Assembly: GCA_934167735.1 (NCBI GenBank)
Contig: CAKPLV010000001.1
Location: forward strand, 1-32,931
Direction: 5' to 3'
Length of the DNA stretch: 32,931 nucleotides
Source of the DNA: an uncultured Clostridia bacterium
GTDB taxonomy: Bacteria > Bacillota > Clostridia > TANB77 > CAG-508
Below the pieces are notes generated by a model, which was given only the letters and a program-made list of their open reading frames with translations, searched no databases and was not told the DNA's origin. Shown in pieces: positions 1 through 9,453 of the stretch. A program made the position numbers and the translations under genes. Position 1 is the stretch's first letter. Each line of letters opens with the position of its first letter.

Positions 1-1432
1 TACTCATTTCGTTAATACTCTTATTAACTTTTTCATCTTTTAATCTATTGTTTTCAAAATCTGATGTATTTTTTCCTAATACATTATAGATTTTTATCAT
101 TGAATCAAATGCTGAAAAGATTGCAGATAATGAATATAAGTGAACTCCTTCATACATTTCCCATAAGTCATAACTTACATGATAAATTCCTGTATTATCA
201 ATTAAATCTCTTGTATATTTTTTCAAAAATTCAATTGCTTTTTCACACATATGTAAATTGTTTTTCAAGAATTCTTCATTTTTAGTGTATTCATAATGGT
301 TATAAACACCATATACTACACTTGCTGTTTCATCAATTTGATATCCCCAACATGGTGCTAATTTTCCATCTGTATAAAAACGTTGTTCCCACATTCCATT
401 TTTGCTTTGTGTCATTTTACAAAAAGTACTATAAAACTTTTCAGCTTCTTTATTCATTTTTAATATGTCTAATGCTCTTGTTATAAAAACAGCATCTCTT
501 GGCCAGCAATACGCATATCTTCCACATTGTGTTAAATTTTCGTCTATCTCTGGTGCAGCTATAATTCCACCTGTAGTTTCATTTGTTAACAATGGAAATA
601 ATAATATACTTCTTATATATATTGCTTGAATTTTTTCTTCATAGCTGTTTGATGGTTCTTTAAATTCAATACTATTATGTTCTTTAACATATTTTCTCCA
701 ATATGATTTAACATTTATATATTCTTTATTTAAGTCAATTTTTCTGATTCTTTCTATTTCATCTTCAACAGCTTGCATTGTTTTTTTGTTTTCATCAATA
801 TAAATACATATTTCTATTTCTTTTTTCTCACCTGGTTTTACAGTTCCTATATCATAACTTACACTTGAATCTTTTGACATTCCAATATAATCTTTATCTT
901 GAATCATTCCAGATGAAATATTATTATTTGTTCCATTTATTTGATGGCTAAATACACTATATGTTTTTGAAAATGTTGCAACAGTAAAGTCATGAGCATA
1001 TTGAATCATACCATTATTTATCTTCATTCCACCAACAAAATTATTTTGATCTGATAATAATTCTGAATGTATTAAGAAATTTATATTTAAATCAATATTT
1101 CCTTCATTTATGAATGTATATCTTTTTATTAATATATCTTCTTTCATTGATGCAAAATCAGTTTGTAATATTTTAAAATTGAAATATGTATTTGTTATTT
1201 CTGTATTTAGTATATTTGTATCTGTATCGTAATATTGAAGATATGTATTATTTATATCTTCATGTAAATATATCATTCCTGAATCATTTATTTTTACACC
1301 TGTATGAAAATAGTTTAAATATTGTCTATTATCTCTACTAGGATATGATAATCTTAACATTTCTCCTTTTCCAGAAAATGTTGCTAACATTTTTTGATTT
1401 CCTATTATAGCCTCATTCAAATATTTTTCCAT
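1..1432 (-). CDS. Glycoside hydrolase family 15 (glucoamylase/glucodextranase-like); N-terminus complete, C-terminus runs off the window
   Basis: ATG at 1432-1430 with a GAAAGGA RBS a few nt upstream. My translation starts MEKYLNEAIIGNQKMLATFSGKGEMLRLSYPSRDN and stays open to position 2. GH15-type blocks are present: GGIIAAPEIDE..CGRYAYCWPRDAVF, WGYQIDETASVVYG, SYDLWEMYEGVHLYS. It is absent from the ORF track, presumably because no stop lies inside the window. Confidence 0.8.
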   Translation of the reverse strand, partial: MEKYLNEAIIGNQKMLATFSGKGEMLRLSYPSRDNRQYLNYFHTGVKINDSGMIYLHEDINNTYLQYYDTDTNILNTEITNTYFNFKILQTDFASMKEDILIKRYTFINEGNIDLNINFLIHSELLSDQNNFVGGMKINNGMIQYAHDFTVATFSKTYSVFSHQINGTNNNISSGMIQDKDYIGMSKDSSVSYDIGTVKPGEKKEIEICIYIDENKKTMQAVEDEIERIRKIDLNKEYINVKSYWRKYVKEHNSIEFKEPSNSYEEKIQAIYIRSILLFPLLTNETTGGIIAAPEIDENLTQCGRYAYCWPRDAVFITRALDILKMNKEAEKFYSTFCKMTQSKNGMWEQRFYTDGKLAPCWGYQIDETASVVYGVYNHYEYTKNEEFLKNNLHMCEKAIEFLKKYTRDLIDNTGIYHVSYDLWEMYEGVHLYSLSAIFSAFDSMIKIYNVLGKNTSDFENNRLKDEKVNKSINEMS

Positions 1433-1456
1433 TGTAATTCCTTTCTGTGGATATTT

Positions 1457-3103
1457 CTATCCTTCTATAATGCTTAAAATTTGTTTTTCTAGTTCTTTTA
1501 TTTTTTCATTAATTCTAAACATATCTTCTTCTTTCAAATTGGTATCTTTTATGTCATCTCTAACATATTTATCCATATCCTTTATTTCATCTTGTAATTT
1601 ATCTAATCTCTTCATTACTTCTTGTTTCATATTTTTAGTTTTCTTGATTTTGATTTTATTTACAATTTTTAGTTCATCACATAATTCATATGTTTCACCA
1701 TATTCTGGTATTGAAACACCAATTCCTGTTTCTTCTAGTATTTTATTTCTTAATACTTCTTGTGATTCTTCTTCACCATGTACTAAAAAAATGTGTTTTG
1801 GTTTTGATATAAATGAATATACGAAATTCATTAGCCATTCTTGATCAGCATGACCTGAATATCCTTCTATATATTCAACTCTTGCATTTACTACAAATTC
1901 CTCACCAAAAATTGTAACTTTTTTTGCACCATTAACAATTGAATATCCAAGTGTTCCTGGAGCTTGATATCCAACAAATAATATTGTACTCTTTGGATTC
2001 CAAATATTATGTTTTAGATGATGTTTTATTCTACCAACATCACACATTCCACTTGCTGATATTATTATTGATGGTTCTCCACTTTCATTTAATGCTTTTG
2101 ATTCTTCTGCTGTTTGTGTGAATTTTAATCCAGGGAAATCTAATGGATAATCTCCTTTTTCCATCTCTTCTTTTATTTCATCATCAAATAAGTCTGTATT
2201 TTGTCTAAATACTTCAGTTGCTGATATTGCAAGTGGACTATCAACATAAACTGGCACTTTCATTAATGTTTTGTATTTTCTTTCAAATTCTTTATCATCT
2301 TTGTGTTCTTCTTTTATTTTATTTAGTTCATATAAAATTTCTTGTGTTCTTCCAACTGCAAATGATGGTATTACAACCGTTCCACCATTATCTATTGTTT
2401 CAGATACTATATTCAAAAATAGTTCTGCTTTTTCATTATTTCTTACATGTAATCTACTACCATATGTTGATTCCATTACAAGATAATCACAATTGTCTAT
2501 CATCGTTGGAGCTTGTAATAATGGAATATCATTATTTCCTAGGTCTCCTGTAAATACTGCTTTTGTTTGTTTTCCATCTTCTGTAGCCCAAATTTCAATT
2601 ATACTTGAGCCTAACATATGTCCTGCATCATTAAATCTTACATAAATATTTGGATCAATTTCAATTATTTCATCATATTTAACAGGTTCAAATAATTCCA
2701 AACAATTTATTGCATCTTCTGCTGTATATAATGGTGGTAATACTTTTTCACCTTTTCTTTCTCTTTTCTTGTTTTTCCATTCTGATTCCATTTCTTGAAT
2801 ATGACCACTATCTGGTAACATTATTCCACACAAGTCACATGTAGCTTTATGTGCATATATTGGACCTTTAAATCCTTCATTATATAATTTTGGAATCCTT
2901 CCTGAATGATCTATGTGTGCATGTGTTAATAACATAAAATCTAATTCAGCTGGATTATAATCAAATGGTTTAAAATTTTCTAGTTCAAGTTCTGCTTTAC
3001 CTTGAAACATACCACAATCTACTAAAAATCTTTTCCCTGCAGCTTCAACTAAAAAATTTGAACCTGTAACCATTTTGGTTGCACCTAAAAACGTTATCTT
3101 CAT
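1457..3103 (-). CDS. beta-CASP metallo-beta-lactamase-fold nuclease (CPSF73/TTHA0252-like, not RNase J) with a ~90-aa C-terminal coiled-coil tail
   Basis: 548-aa ORF. MBL motifs: FLVDCG, HAHIDHSG (HxHxDH), AGHMLGS, FTGDLG. beta-CASP motifs: MESTYG (A), KHHLKH (B), LVHGEE (C). The K/E-rich heptad-like C-terminus is not part of the canonical fold. AGGAG RBS overlaps the upstream stop. Confidence 0.85.
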   Translation of the reverse strand: MKITFLGATKMVTGSNFLVEAAGKRFLVDCGMFQGKAELELENFKPFDYNPAELDFMLLTHAHIDHSGRIPKLYNEGFKGPIYAHKATCDLCGIMLPDSGHIQEMESEWKNKKRERKGEKVLPPLYTAEDAINCLELFEPVKYDEIIEIDPNIYVRFNDAGHMLGSSIIEIWATEDGKQTKAVFTGDLGNNDIPLLQAPTMIDNCDYLVMESTYGSRLHVRNNEKAELFLNIVSETIDNGGTVVIPSFAVGRTQEILYELNKIKEEHKDDKEFERKYKTLMKVPVYVDSPLAISATEVFRQNTDLFDDEIKEEMEKGDYPLDFPGLKFTQTAEESKALNESGEPSIIISASGMCDVGRIKHHLKHNIWNPKSTILFVGYQAPGTLGYSIVNGAKKVTIFGEEFVVNARVEYIEGYSGHADQEWLMNFVYSFISKPKHIFLVHGEEESQEVLRNKILEETGIGVSIPEYGETYELCDELKIVNKIKIKKTKNMKQEVMKRLDKLQDEIKDMDKYVRDDIKDTNLKEEDMFRINEKIKELEKQILSIIEG

Positions 3104-3113
3104 ATGTATTCTC

Positions 3114-4640
3114 CTAATTAAAAATTTTTATTTTTTTATTTATTTTCATATTGTCTGTAAATTGAATTTCAAACTTTTCTTCTGAAATATTTTCATCAAA
3201 TATTTGTGCATAATATTTATTATCTTGTTTTGTGATTTTATAATATAATTCTTCTAATCCTATTATTCTTGTTTCAAAAACATATTTTAAAATTTCAATT
3301 GGAACTTTGGTTAAAACTTTTTTCTCAACTGACTTTTTCAATATTACTTTTTCAAGTTTACTTTTTTTAATATCTATTTCTGTAAGGTCTTTTATATTTT
3401 TTTCTGTATTAAATGGAAGTAATAAGAAATATCTAAATTTGAATATATATTTTAATATTTCTTCTGAATTTTCTTCTTTTTTAATAAGTATTTCAAAACA
3501 ATCTAAAAATAAATTAATATATTGAATATATACTTCTTCTATTTGTTCTTTAGAACTGTTGATTATTTCGTATAATTCTATTTTTTCAATTATATTATTT
3601 TTTTCCTTAATATAATTATTTGGATTCAAACAGTAATTACATTCTTCAATTGTATTTTTTAATTGTTCTTTTCTATCTAGTAATTGTTGTTTAAATACTT
3701 TTATACTAAATATTTTCTTTTCAATTGGAACATTTGCATTTCTTTTTTTGTATTCTTCAACTAACTTAATATCTTGACTTAATATTTGATCAATCTTTTT
3801 TATTTCTTTTGCAGAATCTTTTTTTATGCTTGATTTTTCAAGTACATATTGTTCTATATTATTAAATTCTTCTAATATTTTGTTTTGTTCATCAATTTTT
3901 TGGATTATTTCTTCTTTATATTTTTCATTTCTTGTTGCTTCATTTATTATTGCAATTTTATATATTAATTCAACTAATTGTTCACAAAGAATCTCTCCAT
4001 ATCTTGATTTTAGTTCTTGTTTTAAAATCTCAACATAATCTATTATTCCATCTGTATCTCTACACCAATTATTTAGAAAATCTTCATCAATTAATAATCT
4101 TAATGTTTGGTATATGAAATTTGAAGGAATACTTTCTATTTCTGTTTTTATTGTAGTCCAAGACCATCCATTAAAATCTCTTAAAACTTCTGTACGATCA
4201 ATATTTTTCCCTGTGTTAATCAAATTCGTTAAAGCTTGTGTTAATATTCCATATCTATTATTAACTATTTTTTTTACATTTGATTTTTTCTCAATTGCGT
4301 ATAAAATTTTTTCTTCTATTGGATATGTTATTATTTCATTTTGATCTATATAAAATTTATGTTTTTCAAGTTCTTTTTGAAGCTCTTGATCTGCGAGTTT
4401 TTGGCTTAGCTTTATTGTTTTTATTTGATTACATTTATTTTCAATATTTTTTAAAATTTCGTCTATATATTCTTTTTGAGTCATGTCTGTTACTTTTGCT
4501 TTTTTGTAATCTTTATATGATACTTCAACTTTATATAAAATTCCTTGGAGAAGATTTTTAGATTGTTCTTCAATATTTTTTTCTTCGAGAATTCTCTCAA
4601 GTTCTTCATTTCTATCTTGTTTCAAAAATTTTTCTAACAT
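3114..4640 (-). CDS. Hypothetical protein, 508 aa, K/E/I/N-rich, largely helical/coiled-coil; no family recognised
   Basis: Long uninterrupted ORF, 23 nt downstream of ftsK and 10 nt upstream of the beta-CASP gene. No TM segment or catalytic motif seen by eye. Confidence 0.65.
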   Translation of the reverse strand: MLEKFLKQDRNEELERILEEKNIEEQSKNLLQGILYKVEVSYKDYKKAKVTDMTQKEYIDEILKNIENKCNQIKTIKLSQKLADQELQKELEKHKFYIDQNEIITYPIEEKILYAIEKKSNVKKIVNNRYGILTQALTNLINTGKNIDRTEVLRDFNGWSWTTIKTEIESIPSNFIYQTLRLLIDEDFLNNWCRDTDGIIDYVEILKQELKSRYGEILCEQLVELIYKIAIINEATRNEKYKEEIIQKIDEQNKILEEFNNIEQYVLEKSSIKKDSAKEIKKIDQILSQDIKLVEEYKKRNANVPIEKKIFSIKVFKQQLLDRKEQLKNTIEECNYCLNPNNYIKEKNNIIEKIELYEIINSSKEQIEEVYIQYINLFLDCFEILIKKEENSEEILKYIFKFRYFLLLPFNTEKNIKDLTEIDIKKSKLEKVILKKSVEKKVLTKVPIEILKYVFETRIIGLEELYYKITKQDNKYYAQIFDENISEEKFEIQFTDNMKINKKIKIFN

Positions 4641-4663
4641 ATCTTCTCCTTTCTTTAGTATAT

Positions 4664-7051
4664 CTATCCTTCTTCTGTATTTTCAGGTTGTGTTCCCATC
4701 TTTAGTTCTGCAAGTTTTTCTTTTGACATTAATACTTGTCTTGGTTTACTTCCTTGATATCCTGAAATAACTCCTCTTTCTTCCATTTGGTCTATAATTC
4801 TTCCTGCCCTTGCATAACCAACTTTAAATCTTCTTTGTATAAATGATGTAGATGCTTGTCCTGTTTCAACAACAATATCTATTGCATCCATTAAGAATGG
4901 ATCTGTATCATCATCCATTTCTGCTTCTTCAGCAATTTCTTTGTCTGTTTTATTACTTTTTTCAATTGATTCTAATATATCTTCACTATATGTTGCTTCA
5001 CCATTTGATTTTATGAATGAAACAATTTTTTCAACTTCATCATCAGAAACAAATGCACCTTGTATTCTTGTAGGCTTTGGAGCTCCTGATGGATAAAATA
5101 ACATATCACCTTTTCCTAGTAATTTTTCTGCTCCAACTTGATCTAATATTGTTCTTGAATCTATTTGTGATGAAACAGCAAATGCTATTCTTGAAGGTAT
5201 ATTTGCTTTTATTATTCCTGTAATTACATCAACAGATGGACGTTGTGTTGCAATTATTAAATGCATTCCTGCAGCTCTTGCCTTTTGTGCTAAACGACAA
5301 ATTGAATCTTCTACTTCTTTTGCAGCAACCATCATTAAATCTGCAAGCTCATCTATTATTATTACTATTTGTGGTAATTTTCCAATACCATCTTCTTTTT
5401 CAACTAAGGCATTATATCCTTTTAAATCTCTTACACCTTTTTGTGCAAATAAATTATATCTGTTATCCATTTCTTGAACAGCCCATGCTAATGCTCCTGC
5501 TGCTTTTTTAGGATCTGTTACAACTGGTATTAATAAATGTGGAATTCCATTATATACTGATAATTCAACAACTTTTGGGTCTATCATTACTAATTTTACT
5601 TCACTTGGTTTTGCTTTATATATTATACTTGCAATTATTGTGTTTATACAAACACTCTTTCCTGAACCTGTTGCACCAGCAATTAAAGCATGTGGCATTT
5701 TTGCAATATCTGCTATTGCCATATTTCCTGCAACATCTTTTCCAAGTGCAACACTTAATTTTGATTTACTATCTTGGAAATCATCACTTTCAACAACATC
5801 TCTAAAGTGAACTGTTTCTTTTTCTGCATTTGGAACTTCTATTCCTACTGCTTGTTTTCCTGGAATTGGAGCTTCAATTCTTATTGTTTCTGCTGCTAAA
5901 TTTAATGCTATATCATCAGCTAAATTTGCTATTTTACTTACTCTAACACCTTCTGCTGGTTTTAATTCATATCTTGTAATGGCTGGTCCAACTGAAACAT
6001 TTTCTACTTTTGCTTGCACTCCAAAACTGTATAATGTTTTTTGTAATTTTGTTGCAATATCTGTTAATGCTTTAGCTCCACCCTTTAATGCTTTTGGACT
6101 ACCTTTACTTAATAGTTCAACTGGTGGATATTCATAATGTTCATCTTCAACAGCTATTGCATGTTCTAATTGTAAAACCTCTTTTACTTTTTCTTCTTTT
6201 TTCTCTTCTTCTTGTTTGAATAAATTATTTTCTATAAAATCAGGTTGTACTTTTTTCTTTTCCATTCCTAATGGAACTATATCATCTTTATTGTGTTTAA
6301 ATTTTTTTCTTCCTTTTGGTTCATCTTCTATTGTTCTACCATTTAGGTTGATTTTTATTTGCTCTTCTTCTTTTGGTTCTTCTTCTATCTCTAAATATGC
6401 TTTTCTATTTTCTTTAATATTATTTTCTTTAATTTTCTCTCTTTCTTTTTCACGTTCTTCTTGCATTGCAAGTTTTCTTTCATGTTTTTCTTTTCTATTG
6501 TTTACACCTGATTGTATCCAACTACTTACAATTCCTGATATATCAATTCCAAATGTTATTGCAAATAATATTAATGAAGCACCTATACTTAATATTATTG
6601 TTCCAACTTTCCCAAAAAGCTTAAATAATGGTACTGCAGCAATTGTTCCTAATGCACCACCACCAATATTATTTTCTCCAAGTTGATATGCATCTTTTAC
6701 TATTTCAGATATATTTTGATTTATATTTATTGTATCATTATATATTTGATATACACTTAATATTACTGCTATAAATATTAATAATAAAGTATATTGAAAG
6801 ATTTTTGATGATATATAATCATCATCATCTTTGCAAGCCATTTTTATCGCAACAGCAAATGATCCTATTGGTAAAACATATTTTATCATTCCAAACATTC
6901 CACCAAAAAAGTCACTTAAAGCTACTCCTACATATCCTGATTCTGTATATATTAATACTGTGATTAATATACTAAATATTATTGTTATTATTACTCCTAA
7001 ATCTATTGATTTTTTTTTAGCTCTTTTTCCTTTATACTTTTTCTTTGCCAT
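4664..7051 (-). CDS. ftsK: DNA translocase FtsK/SpoIIIE
   Basis: 795 aa. N-terminal TM helices, E/K-rich linker, motor domain with Walker A GATGSGKS and Walker B IVIIIDELADL, and a C-terminal gamma winged-helix (ASTSFIQRRFKVGYARAGRIIDQMEERGVI). Confidence 0.95.
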   Translation of the reverse strand: MAKKKYKGKRAKKKSIDLGVIITIIFSILITVLIYTESGYVGVALSDFFGGMFGMIKYVLPIGSFAVAIKMACKDDDDYISSKIFQYTLLLIFIAVILSVYQIYNDTININQNISEIVKDAYQLGENNIGGGALGTIAAVPLFKLFGKVGTIILSIGASLILFAITFGIDISGIVSSWIQSGVNNRKEKHERKLAMQEEREKEREKIKENNIKENRKAYLEIEEEPKEEEQIKINLNGRTIEDEPKGRKKFKHNKDDIVPLGMEKKKVQPDFIENNLFKQEEEKKEEKVKEVLQLEHAIAVEDEHYEYPPVELLSKGSPKALKGGAKALTDIATKLQKTLYSFGVQAKVENVSVGPAITRYELKPAEGVRVSKIANLADDIALNLAAETIRIEAPIPGKQAVGIEVPNAEKETVHFRDVVESDDFQDSKSKLSVALGKDVAGNMAIADIAKMPHALIAGATGSGKSVCINTIIASIIYKAKPSEVKLVMIDPKVVELSVYNGIPHLLIPVVTDPKKAAGALAWAVQEMDNRYNLFAQKGVRDLKGYNALVEKEDGIGKLPQIVIIIDELADLMMVAAKEVEDSICRLAQKARAAGMHLIIATQRPSVDVITGIIKANIPSRIAFAVSSQIDSRTILDQVGAEKLLGKGDMLFYPSGAPKPTRIQGAFVSDDEVEKIVSFIKSNGEATYSEDILESIEKSNKTDKEIAEEAEMDDDTDPFLMDAIDIVVETGQASTSFIQRRFKVGYARAGRIIDQMEERGVISGYQGSKPRQVLMSKEKLAELKMGTQPENTEEG

Positions 7052-7085
7052 TTTCTACTTCCTTTCGATGTTTTTCCTTATTCCT

Positions 7086-7119
7086 AAAAAAAGAGGTAAT
7101 TAGCTATACCTCTTTTTTC
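7086..7119 (-). terminator. Rho-independent terminator between the 167-aa gene and ftsK (symmetrical, A-run/T-run on both sides)
   Basis: AGAGGTA (7092-7098) pairs with TACCTCT (7107-7113), 8-nt loop, flanked by AAAAAA and TTTTTT. Confidence 0.6.
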
Positions 7120-7123
7120 TTTT

Positions 7124-7627
7124 TTATTGAAGTTCTTTTTTACTGTTTTGAATTGTTTTGATTGTGTCTTCTAATGACATTTCCATTAGGTTTATAGCTT
7201 CTCCCATATTCTTTTCAAGTTTTGCTAATGTGTCAGTTAAAACACTTTCTGTTGAATCTAGCAAATTATTTGCATATTCTTTTGTTCCTTGTGATATTTC
7301 TCTTGACATTTCATTTGCAGTTTCTATTATTTCAGCTTTTTGCTCATATGCTTTTCTTGTGATTTCATGTTCATCTATCATTGCAATTATTCTGTTTTCT
7401 GCTTCTTTAACTATGCTATCAGCTTCCTTTTGAGCTTCAACTAATATTCTTTGTCTTTCTTCTTTTACCCATTTTGCTTGTTTTAACTCATCTGGTAGTT
7501 TTATTCTAATTTCTTTTATAATTTCAAGTAATTCGTCTTTATCTACCAATCCCTTATTGGTAAACGGCATTTTTTTACTATTTTCTAATATATCTTCTAT
7601 TGTTTCTAATAATGTAAAAATTTCCAT
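7124..7627 (-). CDS. Conserved coiled-coil protein of unknown function (homologues are, as I recall, auto-annotated as 'ATPase' or ATP-synthase-b/V-ATPase-H-like)
   Basis: 167-aa ORF, 3 nt after rsmD. Contains LPDELKQAKWVKEERQRILVEAQKEADSIVKEAE. No nucleotide-binding motif. Confidence 0.55.
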   Translation of the reverse strand: MEIFTLLETIEDILENSKKMPFTNKGLVDKDELLEIIKEIRIKLPDELKQAKWVKEERQRILVEAQKEADSIVKEAENRIIAMIDEHEITRKAYEQKAEIIETANEMSREISQGTKEYANNLLDSTESVLTDTLAKLEKNMGEAINLMEMSLEDTIKTIQNSKKELQ

Positions 7628-7630
7628 TGT

Positions 7631-8200
7631 TTAACCCCTTTCTAAATTAGGCTTTTTATTTAAAAATATTATTGTCGCTCTTCCATATTTTCTTTTATCA
7701 TTAATTTCTATATCTATATTTTTTATTTCGTTTATTATTCTTTGTTCATCATCTGTTTCTAAAATGATTTGCCCATCTGTTTTTAGAATATTATATTCTA
7801 TTATTTTATCTAATGATTTTTTTATATAATCTGTATCATATGGTGGATCCAAGTATATTATATCAAATTTTTGGTTTTTGATTTTTTCTAAACATTGTTC
7901 AAAATTCAAATTATATAAATAAACTTTATCACTCATATGTGTCTTTTCAATATTTTTCTTTATTATTTCTATAGCTTGTTTTGAATTATCACATAGAACT
8001 GCTTTTTCTGCCCCTCTGCTTAATAATTCTAAGCCTATAGCTCCACATCCTGCAAATAGGTCCAAAACTACTGTTCCTTCAATATCATTTTGGATAATAT
8101 TGAATACTGATTCTTTGACTCTGTCTAATGTAGGTCTTGTGTTAAGTGAATCTAATGTATATAATTTTGTTCCTCTTGCCCTTCCACTAATTATTCTCAT
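7631..8200 (-). CDS. rsmD: 16S rRNA (guanine966-N2)-methyltransferase RsmD
   Basis: 189 aa. MRIISGRARGTKL..TRPTLDRVKESVFNII, SAM motif LDLFAGCGAIGLELLSRGA, and DPPY catalytic tetrad. Confidence 0.9.
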   Translation of the reverse strand: MRIISGRARGTKLYTLDSLNTRPTLDRVKESVFNIIQNDIEGTVVLDLFAGCGAIGLELLSRGAEKAVLCDNSKQAIEIIKKNIEKTHMSDKVYLYNLNFEQCLEKIKNQKFDIIYLDPPYDTDYIKKSLDKIIEYNILKTDGQIILETDDEQRIINEIKNIDIEINDKRKYGRATIIFLNKKPNLERG

Positions 8201-8226
8201 TTTTTTAGCCTTTCTTGTATACTAAT

Positions 8227-8254
8227 ATTTTATTCTTTTTTCTTAGAATGTCAA
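8227..8254 (-). promoter_or_regulatory. Sigma-A-type promoter for rsmD: TTGACA-16 nt-TAAAAT
   Basis: Minus-strand TTGACA at 8254-8249 and TAAAAT at 8232-8227, about 25 nt upstream of the rsmD ATG region. Confidence 0.5.
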
Positions 8255-8269
8255 GACAATTAACAAAAA

Positions 8270-8307
8270 TGTAATATACATTTAATATTTTTGTAATATT
8301 TGTAATA
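8270..8307. promoter_or_regulatory. Phased hexamer array TGTAAT-N5-TTTAAT-N5-TGTAAT-N3-TGTAAT (WalR/OmpR-family-like direct repeats)
   Basis: Plus-strand copies start at 8270, 8281, 8292 and 8301. The array lies 15 nt upstream of the rsmD -35 and shares the 15-mer TTAATATTTTTGTAA with the array at 9454-9493. Confidence 0.4.
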
Positions 8308-8310
8308 CAA

Positions 8311-8346
8311 CACAAAAACAGCATAATCTTTATTGACTATACTGTT
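8311..8346 (-). terminator. Rho-independent terminator after divIVA
   Basis: In the minus-strand RNA, AACAGUAUA pairs with UAUGCUGUU (9 bp including one G.U), 12-nt loop, followed by a U-rich run. Confidence 0.55.
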
Positions 8347-8351
8347 TTGTT

Positions 8352-8837
8352 TTATATATCTTTATTTATATCTTTTATTAATTCTAATTGTGACATTAAT
8401 AATGATTCCATTTTTGCTTTATATATGTCAAATTGTTTTTTTAAATCATCTATTTCTTTTTCTTTCATTTTGATTTGTTGATTTAAATCATCTAATGTTC
8501 TTCTTGAATTTTCTTTTGACTTACTAAGCATTTCATCTGCTTGTCTTTTTGCTTCATTTATTATTTGCTCTGATTGTTGTTTTGCAACATTTTTTACTTC
8601 TTCTGCTGTTGTTTGAGCCATTACTAACGTATTTTGTAATGTTGTTTCTATGTTTTTGTAATGATTCAAACTATTTGTTAATTCTTCAATCTTTGCGTTT
8701 TGTGTTGAAAGATCTTTATAGTTTTTTTCATAATCAACCAATATTTGATCTAAAAACTCGTCAACTTCTTCAACATTATAACCATTCATCATTTGTTTGT
8801 TAAATTTTTTATTTTCTATATCTAATGGTGTAATCAT
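8352..8837 (-). CDS. divIVA: DivIVA-domain cell-division protein
   Basis: 161 aa. Canonical N-terminus MITPLDIENKKFNKQMMNGYNVEEVDEFLDQI followed by coiled coil. GGAGG RBS 9 nt upstream. Confidence 0.9.
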   Translation of the reverse strand: MITPLDIENKKFNKQMMNGYNVEEVDEFLDQILVDYEKNYKDLSTQNAKIEELTNSLNHYKNIETTLQNTLVMAQTTAEEVKNVAKQQSEQIINEAKRQADEMLSKSKENSRRTLDDLNQQIKMKEKEIDDLKKQFDIYKAKMESLLMSQLELIKDINKDI

Positions 8838-8871
8838 ATTGGATAGCCTCCGTTCTTTTTTATAAACGTTC

Positions 8872-9363
8872 TTAGTTTATGCTATTGTTTTTTAGCCAAG
8901 AAACAGAAAGTTTACTCTTTATTTCTTCTCTAGCCATTTCATTTGTTATTTCATAGTTTGTTGGTGCTATTAAGAAAATTGAATTTGATATTTTTTGTAT
9001 ATGTCCATCTAATGCATATACTCCACCACTAATAAAGTCAACTATTCTTCTAGCAACATCTTTGTTTACATATTCTAAATTAACTATTACAGATTTTTTC
9101 TCTTTTAATAAACTACATATTTCTTCTGATTGTTCAAATGTAGTTGGTTGTGATATAACCATTTTTATAGATTGACTTTGAGCATTATTTATAGGTACAA
9201 CTTTAGCCTTTTTTCCTCCAAAGAATTTTCTATCTTCTTCTTCATCATTTTCATATTCGGCTTTATCGTCATATTGATAAACATCCTCATCTTCCATTTC
9301 TTCTGTCTCTCCTTGGTCCATTCCGAATAGACCCCATACTTTGTCCATTATAGCTCCTGCCAT
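8872..9363 (-). CDS. sepF: Cell-division protein SepF
   Basis: 163 aa. Acidic N-terminal half, then a SepF core (MVISQPTTFEQSEEICSLLKEKKSVIVNLEYVNKDVARRIVDFISGGVYALDGHIQKISNSIFLIAP). AGGAGG RBS 7 nt upstream. Confidence 0.9.
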   Translation of the reverse strand: MAGAIMDKVWGLFGMDQGETEEMEDEDVYQYDDKAEYENDEEEDRKFFGGKKAKVVPINNAQSQSIKMVISQPTTFEQSEEICSLLKEKKSVIVNLEYVNKDVARRIVDFISGGVYALDGHIQKISNSIFLIAPTNYEITNEMAREEIKSKLSVSWLKNNSIN

Positions 9364-9411
9364 TTTTTAACCTCCTAATATCTTACACTTTAGTATTCTC
9401 GTTTCGCATAT

Positions 9412-9440
9412 AGTATCTATCTTTTTTTTATTTTTGTCAA
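9412..9440 (-). promoter_or_regulatory. Candidate sigma-A promoter for sepF-divIVA: TTGACA-17 nt-GATACT
   Basis: Minus-strand TTGACA at 9440-9435. The best -10 at 17-nt spacing is GATACT (9417-9412), a 4/6 match. Confidence 0.4.
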
Positions 9441-9453
9441 TAGTTTTTCAAAG

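Noticed and set aside
7010-7018. A9/T9 homopolymer in the 5' end of ftsK (codons KKK) as a possible slipped-strand phase-variation tract. Similar T7 runs occur in the glycan genes.
   Set aside because: Lys-rich N-termini encoded by AAA runs are commonplace in AT-rich genomes. ftsK is essential-type housekeeping, and no evidence of frame variants is visible.
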